This document shows positions 51,293-63,770 of a DNA stretch of 64,000 nucleotides, piece after piece. The translations under genes and the position numbers were made by a program. Under the pieces are notes generated by a model, which did not search any database, was not told the origin of the DNA, and saw nothing but the letters and a program-made list of their open reading frames with translations. Each line of letters begins with the position of its first letter. Positions within the stretch are counted from its first letter, which is position 1. This DNA comes from Octopus sinensis (taxonomy: Eukaryota), in contig NC_042999.1 of the NCBI RefSeq assembly GCF_006345805.1, positions 101,184,001-101,248,000 of the forward strand. The letters are read 5' to 3'.

Positions 51293-54200
51293 ATATAAGA
51301 TATATTCTCATAATGATTTCAAAATACCTATAGTTCATTAAAAAATATCCAAATTGTAGTAATGATAATAGAATTTTGAATGGAAAATCTGTCAATGTTG
51401 AAGAACCTCAGGGTAAACAATATTCATTGTGTAATTTTTTGTTAGTGTTGAAATGAATAAATTGTTGCTGCTTCCAACTTGCAAGTAAGCAACACAGAGT
51501 TGGCCACAGGAATAGCATGTAGCAGAGACATCAAGTGTAATCACCTTGAGGGATTAACCCTGAGATTTGTTAATTGAAATAGCAAAATTTAGTTTCACTG
51601 GAAACTGAAGCATCTTAAATTCAAATGGAACATCTGTAGGTATGAGAGGACTTTTTGGAATAAGACATTTTTTCCTTTGTGACAACCTGTTATGTTGTTG
51701 CCAGTAGAACATGGGGCTTCACGGACATAACAATTAAGCGAGTTCTGTTACACAGGTGAGATGGGTCAAGATTACTAAGCAACATAATGGGAGCACCCCA
51801 TTTTAGTGTCAAGTTATGTGATGGCATCCCAGTGGGTTTAAGTGTATTCAGAAATTCAACAAACCTAATCTTGATCAATTGTTGTCAATTGATCGAAGTC
51901 ATTTCTGATGTATCTGTTAACTTTTGAAGAAGTTTATGATTGAGTTTATCAACCATTTCATTAGTTGGAGCTAGTATTGCTGTTTCACATAGCCAGTTTA
52001 CATCAATGTAATTGATAGATAAATTAGGAAATACTTTATCCATTAGATCCCTAAGAGAAAGTATCATTTGACTGCATATAATTTCATGCAGCTGAAGTCT
52101 TGAGTTGAATGTTAATATCCCATTACCAATCTTAAGAAGCTCATATGATTACCTTGTAGCAGTACTTTAGCATTGCTTGTAAGATGAAGTTTTTTCAAAG
52201 GAACGATTTTTTGAAGTATGCCTTGACCTCCTCAGCTTTAGATCCTTTGGGGATAACTGGCAACATTTGATGAAAATCTCCTGCAAGAAGAATTGTTATT
52301 CCTTCCATGAGCTATTGTTTTTTATGTCTTTTATGTCTTGAAAGGTATGGTCAAGTACCTCTGGAGTTCCATGATAGTGCACTCATCCCAACAATGAGGC
52401 AAGTTTGTTGGAGAACTGTTGCCATCGAAGAGTTTTTGGAAATGTTGCAAATTTGAGATTCTTCCATTGCAAAGTTTAGAAGAAGCTTGAACATGGAATG
52501 AACAGTTCTTCCCTCATTGAGGAAGGTAGCTGCAACACCAGAAGATGCAACACTGAAAGAAGGTTAGATTTTATTTCCGCCTATTTAGAATTGCAGGTGA
52601 AAGTGACAAAAAGATTTGGTTTTCCATGTTCTGACATATGTCATAGCATCTTGTGTTCATTCATGGATATCTTGAGGACCACCTGTGAATGATGATGGGA
52701 GGATTATAAGTTGTCCCATGTTTAAATATCACCATCTATCCTCAGAGCATATTGGAGATGAATATAATTTTTAACCCTTAATCATTTTTGGTCATTACGA
52801 ATGTAGAGATATTCACTCTCAACTTTAGCATACATATCAACCAGGTATTGCTGAAATAGGTCATGATACATGCGTAACATCAGTTGATAAGAATAGAAGT
52901 CATTTGTCAACACCTTTTTATTTGTAATTGGCTCTCCCATTACAGGTTCAATCTGTGGAATAGTGAAATGATACCTTCGGAAGGTGTTTTTATGTGCCAC
53001 CGACACAGGTGCTAGATGAGGCTGGCGAACGGCCACGACCGGATGGTGTTTGTTATGTGCCCACAGCACGATGGCCTGTGATGCGGTACTGACTACGGCC
53101 ATGTTCGGATGGATTCTTGTGTGCCACCGGCACTGGTACCACAAGCGGTACTGACTACTTTTTATGTGCCACCGACACAGGTGCTAGATGAGGCTGGCGA
53201 ACGGCCACGACCGGATGGTGTTTGTTATGTGCCCACAGCACGATGGCGAGTGATGCGGTACTGACTACGGCCACGTTCGGATGGATTCTTGTGTGCCACC
53301 GGCACTGGTACCACAAGCGGTACTGACTACGGCCACGTTCGGAATATAAAGATATATTCTCATAATGATTTCAAAATACCTATAGTTCATTAAAAAATAT
53401 CCAAATTGTAGTAATGATAATAGAATTTTGAATGGAAAATCTGTCAATGTTGAAGAACCTCAGGGTAAACAATATTCATTGTGTAATTTTTTGTTAGTGT
53501 TGAAATGAATAAATTGTTGCTGCTTCCAACTTGCAAGTAAGCAACACAGAGTTGGCCACAGGAATAGCATGTAGCAGAGACATCAAGTGTAATCACCTTG
53601 AGGGATTAACCCTGAGATTTGTTAATTGAAATAGCAAAATTTAGTTTCACTGGAAACTGAAGCATCTTAAATTCAAATGGAACATCTGTAGGTATGAGAG
53701 GACTTTTTGGAATAAAGACATTTTTTCCTTTGTGACAACCTGTTATGTTGTTGCCAGTAGAACATGGGGCTTCACGGACATAACAATTAAGCGAGTTCTG
53801 TTACACAGGTGAGATGGGTCAAGATTACTAAGCAACATAATGGGAGCACCCAATTTTAGTGTCAAGTTATGTGATGGCATCCCAGTGGGTTTAAGTGTAT
53901 TCAGAAATTCAACAAACCTAATCTTGATCAATTGTTGTCAATTGATCGAAGTCATTTCTGATGTATCTGTTAACTTTTGAAGAAGTTTATGATTGAGTTT
54001 ATCAACCATTTCATTAGTTGGAGCTAGTATTGCTGTTTCACATAGCCAGTTTACATCAATGTAATTGATAGATAAATTAGGAAATACTTTATCCATTAGA
54101 TCCCTAAGAGAAAGTATCATTTGACTGCATATAATTTCATGCAGCTGAAGTCTTGAGTTGAATGTTAATATCCCATTACCAATCTTAAGAAGCTCATATG

Positions 54201-55020
54201 ATTACCTTGTAGCAGTACTTTAGCATTGCTTGTAAGATGAAGTTTTTTCAAAGGAACGATTTTTTGAAGTATGCCTTGACCTCCTCAGCTTTAGATCCTT
54301 TGGGGATAACTGGCAACATTTGATGAAAATCTCCTGCAAGAAGAATTGTTATTCCTTCCATGAGCTATTGTTTTTTATGTCTTGAAAGGTATGGTCAAGT
54401 ACCTCTGGAGTTCCATGATAGTGCACTCATCCCAAACAATGAGGCAAGTTTGTTGGAGAACTGTTGCCATCGAAGAGTTTTTGGAAATGTTGCAAATTTG
54501 AGATTCTTCCATTGCAAAGTTTAGAAGAAGCTTGAACATGGAATGAACAGTTCTTCCCTCATTGAGGAAGGTAGCTGCAACACCAGAAGATGCAACACTG
54601 AAAGAAGGTTAGATTTTATTTCCGCCTATTTAGAATTGCAGGTGAAAGTGACAAAAAGATTTGGTTTTCCATGTTCTGACATATGTCATAGCATCTTGTG
54701 TTCATTCATGGATATCTTGAGGACCACCTGTGAATGATGATGGGAGGATTATAAGTTGTCCCATGTTTAAATATCACCATCTATCCTCAGAGCATATTGG
54801 AGATGAATATAATTTTTAACCCTTAATCATTTTTGGTCATTACGAATGTAGAGATATTCACTCTCAACTTTAGCATACATATCAACCAGGTATTGCTGAA
54901 ATAGGTCATGATACATGCGTAACATCAGTTGATAAGAATAGAAGTCATTTGTCAACACCTTTTTATTTGTAATTGGCTCTCCCATTACAGGTTCAATCTG
55001 TGGAATAGTGAAATGATACC
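50924..55020. repeat. Near-identical ~2.05-kb tandem duplication (50924-52974 and 52975-55020)
   Basis: The junction GATAC-CT-TCGGAAGG at ~52975 has 2-bp microhomology. The differences I saw are a ~9-bp duplication, several 1-bp homopolymer indels and one substitution. Confidence 0.9.
51392..52975 (-). pseudogene. Helitron RepHel fragment, duplicated copy
   Basis: Same motifs as 53444-55020. Confidence 0.85.
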
Positions 55021-55208
55021 TATCTTGTCCATTCCACAGAATAAGAGGATACTGAAGAGCATCATAAGAGGGATAAGTCTCTGAAACATGTTTTAAAGTT
55101 GCTATCTCAAGCACGAATGAGAATATCCCGATTTCTATGGAGATCACCTACCATAAGGATGGCTACTTCATTAGATGTAGGCTCATTTAAAAATTACGTA
55201 AAATGTCC
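53444..55208 (-). pseudogene. Helitron Rep-helicase (Helitron_like_N plus PIF1) pseudogene with a central deletion
   Basis: PTSNEVAILMVGD..SYDALQYPL..FQQYLVDMYAKVESE, SFTGGP..QDAMTYVR, TFTCNSK*AEI joined to ASSGVAATFL..GRTVHSMFKL, IVWDEC, LAGDFHQMLPVIPKG, ILAPTNEMV, GMPSHNLTLKLGAPIMLLSNL, FPVKLNFAISINKSQG*S, NIVYPEVL. Confidence 0.9.
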
Positions 55209-56499
55209 TTTACTATAGTTTACTATAGACATAACAAATGTGGAAACACACACGCACACACACACACACACACACATAGACACTGATAGAATTGATACTA
55301 TTGAAGACAGCAAAACATACACAACGGAGTTCAAGCAAAATGAAATGTCAATATAGGTACAAAACATACTTTCTGTAGTATAGTTATGCTATAAAAAATT
55401 TTTTTAGGGAATATTTCCAAAAGAAACATTCCAGCATCGGAAAGTTACCAATCTAGCAAAAATTACCAATGCAATAAAGTAAAGAAAGTCAACATTTATT
55501 TGGAACATGTACTAAATGTTATAAAGTTCAGGACTGAATGTCATGGTGAAGAAAGTCAAGCTCCAAGAAAATTCAGAAGGCATAATTCAATTTTTCATAC
55601 AAAAATAATTTATTATTTTACAATTTTTAAACAGATACTGAACAAAGTTGTTGTTGTGAACATTAATTAATTTAAAACATTTGCTGAAAGATGTATGTAG
55701 CATAGCAAGATAAATTAATTTGACATCACTTACTATATATTTTAACTGTGTAAGGTTATAGGCTGTAACTAACACAGTAAAATGGTTGTATGGTGTTGAA
55801 TACTAATACTGATAAAGCAGCATAGCAGGAATATGATAAGGATGTTAGGACTGTTAAAAAAGCATTACCTTCAAACTAGTTATAAGGACCAGAATAACAT
55901 TTCTGTAATTATATTGAAAGGGTCACTAAGGCTTTTTACTTCACCAATTTTCTGAATTTGTCATAATAACCAGAATAACATTTTTTTTTTCAGATATATT
56001 TGCAAATGTTGTGAGAGCTGTCAAATCAGCCAATTCTTTATGTTGGTTATAAAAACCAGAATAATATTTCAGCACATAAGTAGTGATAATTGCTAATGCT
56101 GTTTAAATTGCAACTCTCCATGATGGAAAGGAAAATCCAAACAGTGGTACTTCAAAGTGAATACTGTTGTTCGTTTAACATCCAGGTCGCAACCAAAACT
56201 AAACTCTTTCAAGATCGACATGTTTCACTATTGGGCAGTTCAGTTACATACATATACAAAGACAGACATACATTCATGCACGGCTCAGGCCTATCTCAGT
56301 CCCTCTGTGTGTCTGTTGCTGTCTTTAGATGTGTGTATGTGTGTGTGTCAGTCGTCACAAAAATGTATGTATACTGACACACACATATGCTTCTCAGTCA
56401 TCAGCTTAATGTATGTACGAACATGCAAACACACATACACTGACAGAGACATACACATTTATATAGAAAATGTGACATCGTGGTGGTGTTAGTGTAAAA

Positions 56500-56626
56500 T
56501 GCTGCTTTCCATGCTAGCATGGGTTGGATGGTTCAATCGGGATCTGGGAATCCAGGAAGCTGCACCACGCTCCAGTCTGATCTGGCAGTATTTCTACAGC
56601 TGGATGCCTTTCCTAACGCCAACCAC
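56500..56626 (-). mobile_element. RTE 3' tail fragment
   Basis: gctttccatgctagcatgggttgg..tcctaacgccaaccac. Confidence 0.8.
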
Positions 56627-56641
56627 AGGTATGTGTTTTTA

Positions 56642-57075
56642 GGATCTTTTCGGCTTGAACGGAAGTTTTTAACATAATTTCTAGTTAACTAAAAAAATTT
56701 TATGCTTCGTATACTGGTAGAATGTGTTTATAAAACATCTTTTTCTCTTGGCTTTATTGAGAAAATTCTACAGTTTGTAAGATATTTGGTCTTTAATTTC
56801 TTGCATTTCAGCAATTTCAACCAATCAATGACCGTCTATTGAGGTGAAAACATTCTGTGCCATATGAATATGTCCCTCGTTTAAGAAACAGATTGGGTTT
56901 ATTTACATTTCTGAAGAAAAATAGATACCCTTCCCCCCACCCCTAACCCTAACCCTAACTAACACTAACCCTAAAACACATTGAAATGCAATAGATCGAT
57001 ACTAGGGTCATAATTATGGGTGACAATTTCATATGACACTGCTAGAAAAAATTGCCGTTCAAACCGAAAAGATCT
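56642..57075. mobile_element. MITE with ~28-bp TIRs, TTTTA TSD and internal (CCCTAA)n
   Basis: GGATCTTTTCGGCTTGAACGGAAGTTTT versus AAAATTGCCGTTCAAACCGAAAAGATCT. TTTTA at 56637-56641 and 57076-57080. The empty site is visible in the inverted copy at 57942-57996. Confidence 0.85.
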
Positions 57076-57619
57076 TTTTATACTTACACACATATGAGGA
57101 TAAGTTATTAATTGCACTTACTGACAAGAAAATTAGTTGCATGCACATCAGCAGATTTGGGCTCCATTTAGTTGCAGCTATAATTAAATGGGTGGTTTGC
57201 TAGAATCTTTGAAGTGGTCTGAAATCTTGCTAAATAATGAAATTGACACATGGAAAAAGACAATATTCATCCAGAAGAGTTGGTGTAACAGGTGGTGAGA
57301 GAAATGGTTGATGGTGTAATATAAGTTAAGCTTTCATCATTGAATGCTTTCATTCTTTATTGTAGTCTAATATATGTAAACTTTTTTATTTTAATTTTCT
57401 AATGATATGTTTGAAGTAATTAATGATAATGAATAATATCAGTGGTGATAATGTCATTGAATTTCCTTTAAAAACGAATAAGTGAAATAAAATGCTTCCA
57501 CATTAATGTATGCCTTCATTTAATTTTTCATCTGCAACAATGTTAAAGAATTTAGTTGTTTTATAAACCATATATACCACCATTTCTAATATATATAAAA
57601 GAAATGGGAAAACAAGGTT

Positions 57620-58146
57620 ACACCCCTATGCCAGGGCTGTAACCAGCCCACTTATGCGTACCATTCCTTCATTGGACACTAAACTCTGCTTGCAAAGACC
57701 TGTTGAGGCAAGTGAAATCAAAATCAAATTCGATGACTGGCTTCCATGCCGGTGGCATGTAAAAGCACCATTTGAGCATGATTGTTACCAGCATAGCCTT
57801 ACTGGCACTTGTGCCGGTGGTACGTGAAAAAACATTCGAGCAAGGTCATTGCCAGTGCTGCTGGACTGGCTCCTGTGCAGGTGGCACATAAAAAACACCA
57901 TTTGAGCATGTCTGTTGCCAGTACCGCATGACTGGCCCTCATAAGTGCAATTAATAACTTATCCTCATATGTGTGTAAGTATAAAAGCACATACCTTTGG
58001 TTGGCGTTAGGAAGGGCATCCAGCTGTAGAAACTCAGCCAGATCAGATTGGAGTTTGGTGCAGCCATCTGGTTTTCCAGTCCTCAGTCAAATCATCCAAC
58101 CCATGCTAGCATGGAAAGCGGACGTTAAACGATGATGATGATGATG
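57620..58146 (+). mobile_element. RTE 3' UTR interrupted by a 55-bp non-RTE insert
   Basis: gacctgttgaggcaagtgaaatc, gtggcac units, insert at 57942-57996, then the tail and (GAT)n. Confidence 0.85.
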
Positions 58147-58359
58147 ATATACATATATCTATATACATATATATATGTACATATAGATATCATCACAGAA
58201 ATATATATATACATTCATTTATATACATATATATACATATATATATATACACATACATATATATATATACATATATATATACATATATATACATATATTA
58301 TCCCTTAGAGAGTTTAAACACCTCTAACTTATACCTTATATACATATGCATATATATGT

Positions 58360-58400
<41 letters not shown>

Positions 58401-58699
58401 TAAAGTATAGTGTATCTATAGAACTCCATCATCTTGTACATAAATATGACCTGATGTCTTCAAGATAATAGGGTTTGATTTCAGATTTGGCTACTATTTT
58501 CAGCAGATCAAAGGACAACACAGAATGTTTGAACTGGGCAATATCTCATATATTTTCAGACAAGACTACTTTTAAGACAGCTGTAGATTATTATAGAATC
58601 CTTTGGAAAGTAACAGATTTAAGAAGATTAAAAGCTTACCTGTACAGTGACCAGCCACGTAGCAGACTCAGAAAATGTATTATCAACTCCTTAAATCTA

Positions 58700-58860
58700 C
58701 CAATCAGTGAAACCATAATTTCAAATCTGACTTTGAATTTCTTAGAGTTAACCAGAACTTATTTTCCAGCATGCTATAAATATCATAAGCTATTCAATAA
58801 AAATACTACAAAAGTCAATGGTAGCTGCACAACAAATGTCAGTAATATCATAAAAGCAAA
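58700..58860 (+). pseudogene. Penelope-like linker remnant within ORF 58475-58954
   Basis: NFLELTRTYFPACYKYHKLFNKNTTKVNGSCTTNVSNIIK resembles the PLE motif FL.LI.KHFP..H.LHKIFN.N.VKVSYSC..N...II, also seen at ~15100-15260. Confidence 0.5.
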
Positions 58861-59106
58861 CTCTGCAGATATAATAAGAATAATATACACACATATGGAT
58901 ACACTGACTCACTCACTCTCTCTCTCTCTCTCTCCCACACAGACATTTACATAAACATGTATGCATACATACATACATATACATATGTATATATATATAT
59001 ATATATACAAATACATATATGTATATATACACATACACAAATACATAAATGTACACATATATATATATCATCATTATCATGTCATGTATTATATGTGTGA
59101 ATGTAA

Positions 59107-59134
<28 letters not shown>

Positions 59135-59144
<10 letters not shown>

Positions 59145-59495
59145 AATAGTAAAGAGTGAAAAAACTACAGAAGGCTTAAATGTTAAAAAATATATATTTG
59201 CGTCAATATGTCTGAAGAATATTAGAAAATTTTTTTTTTTTTTCTCTTATAATGACATAATTTAAAAGAAAGACCGGTTTCGCGTGTAGCTTTTCAAATT
59301 TCTTGCAACGTTATGTTTATGTATAAACATAACGTCGCAAGAAATTTGAAAAGCTACACGCGAAACCAGTCTTTCTTTTAACTTATGTCATTATAAGAGA
59401 AAAAAATTTTTTTTTAATTTTCTAATATTCTTCAGACATATTGACGCAAATATATATATTTTTTAACATTTAAGCCTTTACTATTTTCTATATAT
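59135..59495. repeat. Near-perfect palindrome/foldback with a 2-nt loop
   Basis: Arms 59171-59320 and 59323-59478 are reverse complements with a few mismatches or indels. Outer arms 59135-59151 and 59479-59495 also match. Confidence 0.95.
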
Positions 59496-59539
59496 TCACC
59501 CACGTGCTTTCACAAACCAACTTTCTTATCTATATATAT

Positions 59540-59577
<38 letters not shown>

Positions 59578-60337
59578 GCACTTCTCAAGTCCCATGAAGA
59601 TAACATTTAGACTTTGAGTCACTGTAACTTCTGCGATTAGTGGGTTCTATTTATCTTGTTTGTTGTACCAAACAAACACACACACACACTCACACACACA
59701 ACTGATCTACCGAGCTCACTAAATTAGCATAAGAGTGGCTGAGTATACTAGAGAAACCCTTTATGCACTTCTCAAGTGAAATCAGTGTCAATGTATCAAG
59801 GTTCGACCTTTGAGTTAGACACAATCTCTCTGACAGGCTTCCACACATTAGCCATCTACCCAATTTCACTCACTGGCTAAGGGCCAACCCACAGCTATAG
59901 AAAATGATGCTTATCAAAGATGCCATGCACTAAAATCAACACATGATTGCAAAGCCAACTTCTCAACCATTTGGCCATATGCAGTAAGGTTTTTGGTAAG
60001 CTTTTGAAGTATGAGGGCTTTAATGCTTTCATTATTTTCAAAATAAATTTGTATAAAAGCAGTATATCTCAATGACTGGTGACAAAAGTGTTAAAGGCAT
60101 CAACTACATTTGTATGGATATATGATACAAATATACTCCCTCTCTCTCTTTTTTCTCTCTCTCTCTCTCTCTGAGAGGTGAAAGTTTTGAAGAATGATAT
60201 ATACTAACAGTTAAGAAAATCTATGGAAGAAAGTTTGTGGTTAATTCCTAGAAAGTTAAATCTTAAAGCAGCGATGAAAAAAGATTGAGACAAGTGACAA
60301 TGTATTCTATAGCAGACCCATTATCATTGTTGTTGTC

Positions 60338-60537
60338 AAGGCAGTGAGCTAACAGAATCATTAGCATGCTGGTCAAGATCTTTAGTGGCTTTACGTCCAT
60401 CTTCATGTTCTTGGTTCAAACTTTGTCTTTCATCCAAAAGGGGTTGATAAAATAATTAACAGTTGAGCACTGGCATCAATATAATCATCTATCCCCCTTC
60501 CCACAAAACATCAGGCCTTGTGCTTATAGTAGAAAAA
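60338..60537 (+). mobile_element. SINE family C
   Basis: aaggcagtgagctaacagaatcattagcatgc..ggttcaaactttgtctttcatcc..ggccttgtgcttatagtagaaa. Confidence 0.75.
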
Positions 60538-60558
60538 ATTATCTTCATCACTGTTATT

Positions 60559-60770
60559 AAGGCAGTGAATGCCAAATCGTTACTGTGCCAGAAGAAATGT
60601 TTAGTTTTCTTCCAACTTTACATTTGGAATTCAAATCCCACTGATGTTCGACTTTGCCTTTCTTCCTTCTGGAGTTAGCAAAATATGTACCAGCTGAGTA
60701 CTAGGGCTGATGTAATTGACTTTCCTTTCCCCTGAAAAAACTGTAGGTCCTATGCCAAAATTTGAGACCT
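60559..60770 (+). mobile_element. SINE family C (second of a tandem pair)
   Basis: aaggcagtgaat..aattcaaatccc..gactttgcctttcttcc..tgccaaaatttgaga followed by (TTA)n. Confidence 0.7.
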
Positions 60771-63550
60771 TTATTATTATTATTATTGATGATGAAGATG
60801 GCAAGAGAAGGAGATCTATTAAAACTACTGATATTAATTTTATGCAGTAAACTCAAGTGGTATGATTCAAATATTCACCATGTTTAGCAAGCCCCAAACA
60901 AACTAAGTCATTGTAAAAACTAAAGAATTTATCAATAGAAAGTTTTCAGGAATTCAGTGACATTAACAAAAAGGGTGAAAAAAGCAAAATTCTTCATTCA
61001 GACTGTAAGCAATAATTAGAAAGATATTCAATAAAGCAAAATTTATTCTATGAATGCCTTTTGAAATGATATGCAGGAAAAAAGTAGGAGAATGACTCCA
61101 TAGATTATAGAGTTGTCATCTACAGGCAGTGTTTTGTTAAATCTTGAATACTAATTCAAGTCCAGCAACAAGAGGAATCATACTAGCAGTTGTACTCTTA
61201 TCACTATGCACTACAAAGATCAAGTAACAGTAGTTAGACTAAAAAAATTGGAGAAGGAAGAAGCAGATATTATATATAGAATTATTTGAAGTAAATGTTG
61301 TAATTAATATAGAAGCTGATGAAGCTAAGAATAGTTGAATAATGTTTTGAATAGCTGGTGTTTGACATCAAAGAATGTTACTGCGCAAAAAAGAATATAA
61401 AACAATTTGCCAGAAGAATACTTAATAGAATTAGTAGACCAATTAACAAAATAACTTCTCATATTTTATCATGTATCTTTACATTCTTCATAGTATCAGT
61501 CTAAATCTCATACAGGTTCCCTTTTTTGTCCTTCATTCAGAGATCAACAAAAATAAGCGACAGTTGATAAAATAAGAACTGGAGTTGATGCTAGTGAACT
61601 ATAATCTAGATGGTAGTGCCCCAGCATGGTCACAGTTCAATCACTGAAATCAGTAAAAGAATATAGATATTTTCTGGCTTAGAGAAGAAAGAGCAGTGCT
61701 TATAACCTATGCAAAGCCTTTGATACTAGTTGGCAAGAGGAGAGGAAAACCATGAGGAATAGGTACAGTTCATCAGAGAGATCTCCATACAGTTTTTGCT
61801 TACCCAATTTCATCCATAAATCTTTGATTGACTTTTTAGATTACAATAGAAGATATTTGCCCCAAGGCTTTGCACAGTTTGATCTCAAACCCGAAACCAA
61901 TTAATTATAAAATGAACTTCTTAATATGATGGCCATGCTTGCATCCACATAACAGAATCAGATGAGAACTGAGTCAAAAGTTCATTAGATCATAAGCAGC
62001 TTTAGTTTAACACAACCAAGAAAATAATAAACCTTAGCAAAAGCAATAAACAAAATAGCCTTTCATTATTGACTTTTAAATTATTTCCTTCCAAAATTGC
62101 ATGAAAGAATCTAATAACATGAAAATACATGATGAAAAATCCATACCTGAATGAGTCAATTAATAAAATGAGAGAATCTTTCTCATGGTGTATGCTTTGT
62201 GTATCATGAGTTTAATATCATCTAACACTGATTTTCATCAAAAGATAATGTGGACCCAATAGTAACATAGACTAAAATGACTGAAAGGATGTGGTTTGGG
62301 ACAGGACCTGAGTAATTTGATTGTCTTGTGAACTGAGGCAATGTAGAGTGTAATATTCAGTCCAGATATACAACCAGATGTCAGTCAAGCCAATGAGAAA
62401 GAATCTAAATGATTGCTAGATCTGCTAAAAATCGTAACCAAATATCATTCAACTAACACTCTTCTATCTTAATAAAAGTTAAAACATTTAAAACATGAGT
62501 CAACACAGTCCTAGATATATCAAAAGACATGTTGGTCATAATTAGAATTCCTTGCTTGGTCTGGAATGACTTGAGACTTCACAACAACTGCAAAACATGC
62601 CAGTAATTCAGTTTTATAACCCATGAAGTAGAGTGAAATACATTAACCTGGCACCTCACACTCATAAGTAAAAGAACTCTTGTAAATTAATGCCATAATA
62701 AAATGCACCTTGTAAATTATATATAGGCTGGTATTATGAAGGGTGTCCAGAACAGTAATAAACAAGTGAAAGATGAATATATAGTATCTGTGTGTATTTG
62801 GCTAGGAAAAAGTTTTTTTTAAATGACCATCCTGAAATATAACAATCTCTGTTTCAACACATGACTTCACATCAGGAATCTTGCAAAACAAATTCATAAA
62901 CATAAAATTTTCCAGTTCAAATACCTCTAAAGAAATTATGCAGGTCAGATCATGATTTTAATATAGTGGGGTTTCATTCAGAATTCATACAATTAGAATT
63001 TTATCAATCAAAGTGTTTATTTTTCTGTAGGTAATAAGAATTAATTGCCTGGTTGTGTATGTTGAGCAGTAAGTGAAGAAGGGCTAAATAATACACTGGA
63101 GAACATACAAATTAATTCTTTTAAAGAATGGTCATTTTAATATTTCTCTAAAATGAATTTAGAATCTGATTTATTTGTGGTGTGTTCCTTTTAAGAGAAA
63201 ACACCACAAGTAAATGAGGCCCAACTTGATTGAAATTATGATCCTTTGGTTGTCACACCTGAATATTCTCTCTCAAAATTATGATAGTAATACTATTTTA
63301 GAACAAAACTGAATCTACTTTTTTTTAATAGAATTAAATAATTCACATGTTCCACAGTGTTACGCAAATTGTTTTCCCATATAATAACAGAAAAAAACAT
63401 ACTGCAGAAGATCAAGAAAATCTACAAAGTACTGATTACAAAAAAGCAAAGACTCTAAAATTATAAGAAAAGGAGTAAGGGGCAATAGGATGCATGGGAT
63501 ATACATATTTTTTCTTCTTAAGGGACTAGCACTGCTAGTGAAGAACACTT

Positions 63551-63770
63551 CATCTGGATGTCAAATTTTGGTTCAAGCTCAGCAATTTCAGGGAAGGAGG
63601 TAAGTCAATTACATCAAACCCACTAATCAACTGGTACCTATTTTATTAACCCTGAAAGGATGAAATGCAAAGCTGACCATAGCAGAATTTGAACTCAGCA
63701 CATGAAGACAGATGAAATGCCACTAAATATTTTGCTCAGCATGTTAACAATTTTACCAGCTCATTGCCTT
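63551..63770 (-). mobile_element. SINE family C with 10-bp TSD
   Basis: TSD AAGAACACTT at 63541-63550 and 63771-63780. Confidence 0.8.

Larger units (their letters stand above)
49938..55225 (-). mobile_element. Internally deleted Helitron with an RTE insertion and an internal tandem duplication
   Basis: 3' terminus with hairpin CCCGGGCAATGCTGGG and CTAG|T at 49938-49965. RepHel fragments at 51392-52975 and 53444-55208. The 5' terminus was not located. Confidence 0.8.

Noticed and set aside
56941-56974. (CCCTAA)n as a telomere or fusion scar
   Set aside because: Only ~3 perfect units, and they lie inside a TIR-bounded MITE.
57746-57769. Apparent compensatory change (AUGC/GCAU) in the pseudoknot-like unit
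   Set aside because: Both substitutions are explained by CpG decay, so they are not counted as covariation.
57121-57941. Inversion with staggered breaks as the cause of the 55-bp inverted duplicate
   Set aside because: Both halves of the interrupted RTE UTR remain colinear in the same orientation, which an inversion would not preserve.
58640-58862. Minus-strand exon with strong donor and acceptor
   Set aside because: All frames between the signals contain stops, and the region overlaps the PLE remnant.
58475-58954. 159-aa ORF as a host gene
   Set aside because: It starts in a repeat, ends in a microsatellite, and the recognisable part is a PLE linker remnant.
60780-61480. Purine-rich stretch that might be a decayed transposase or LINE
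   Set aside because: No motif could be recovered in any frame by eye.
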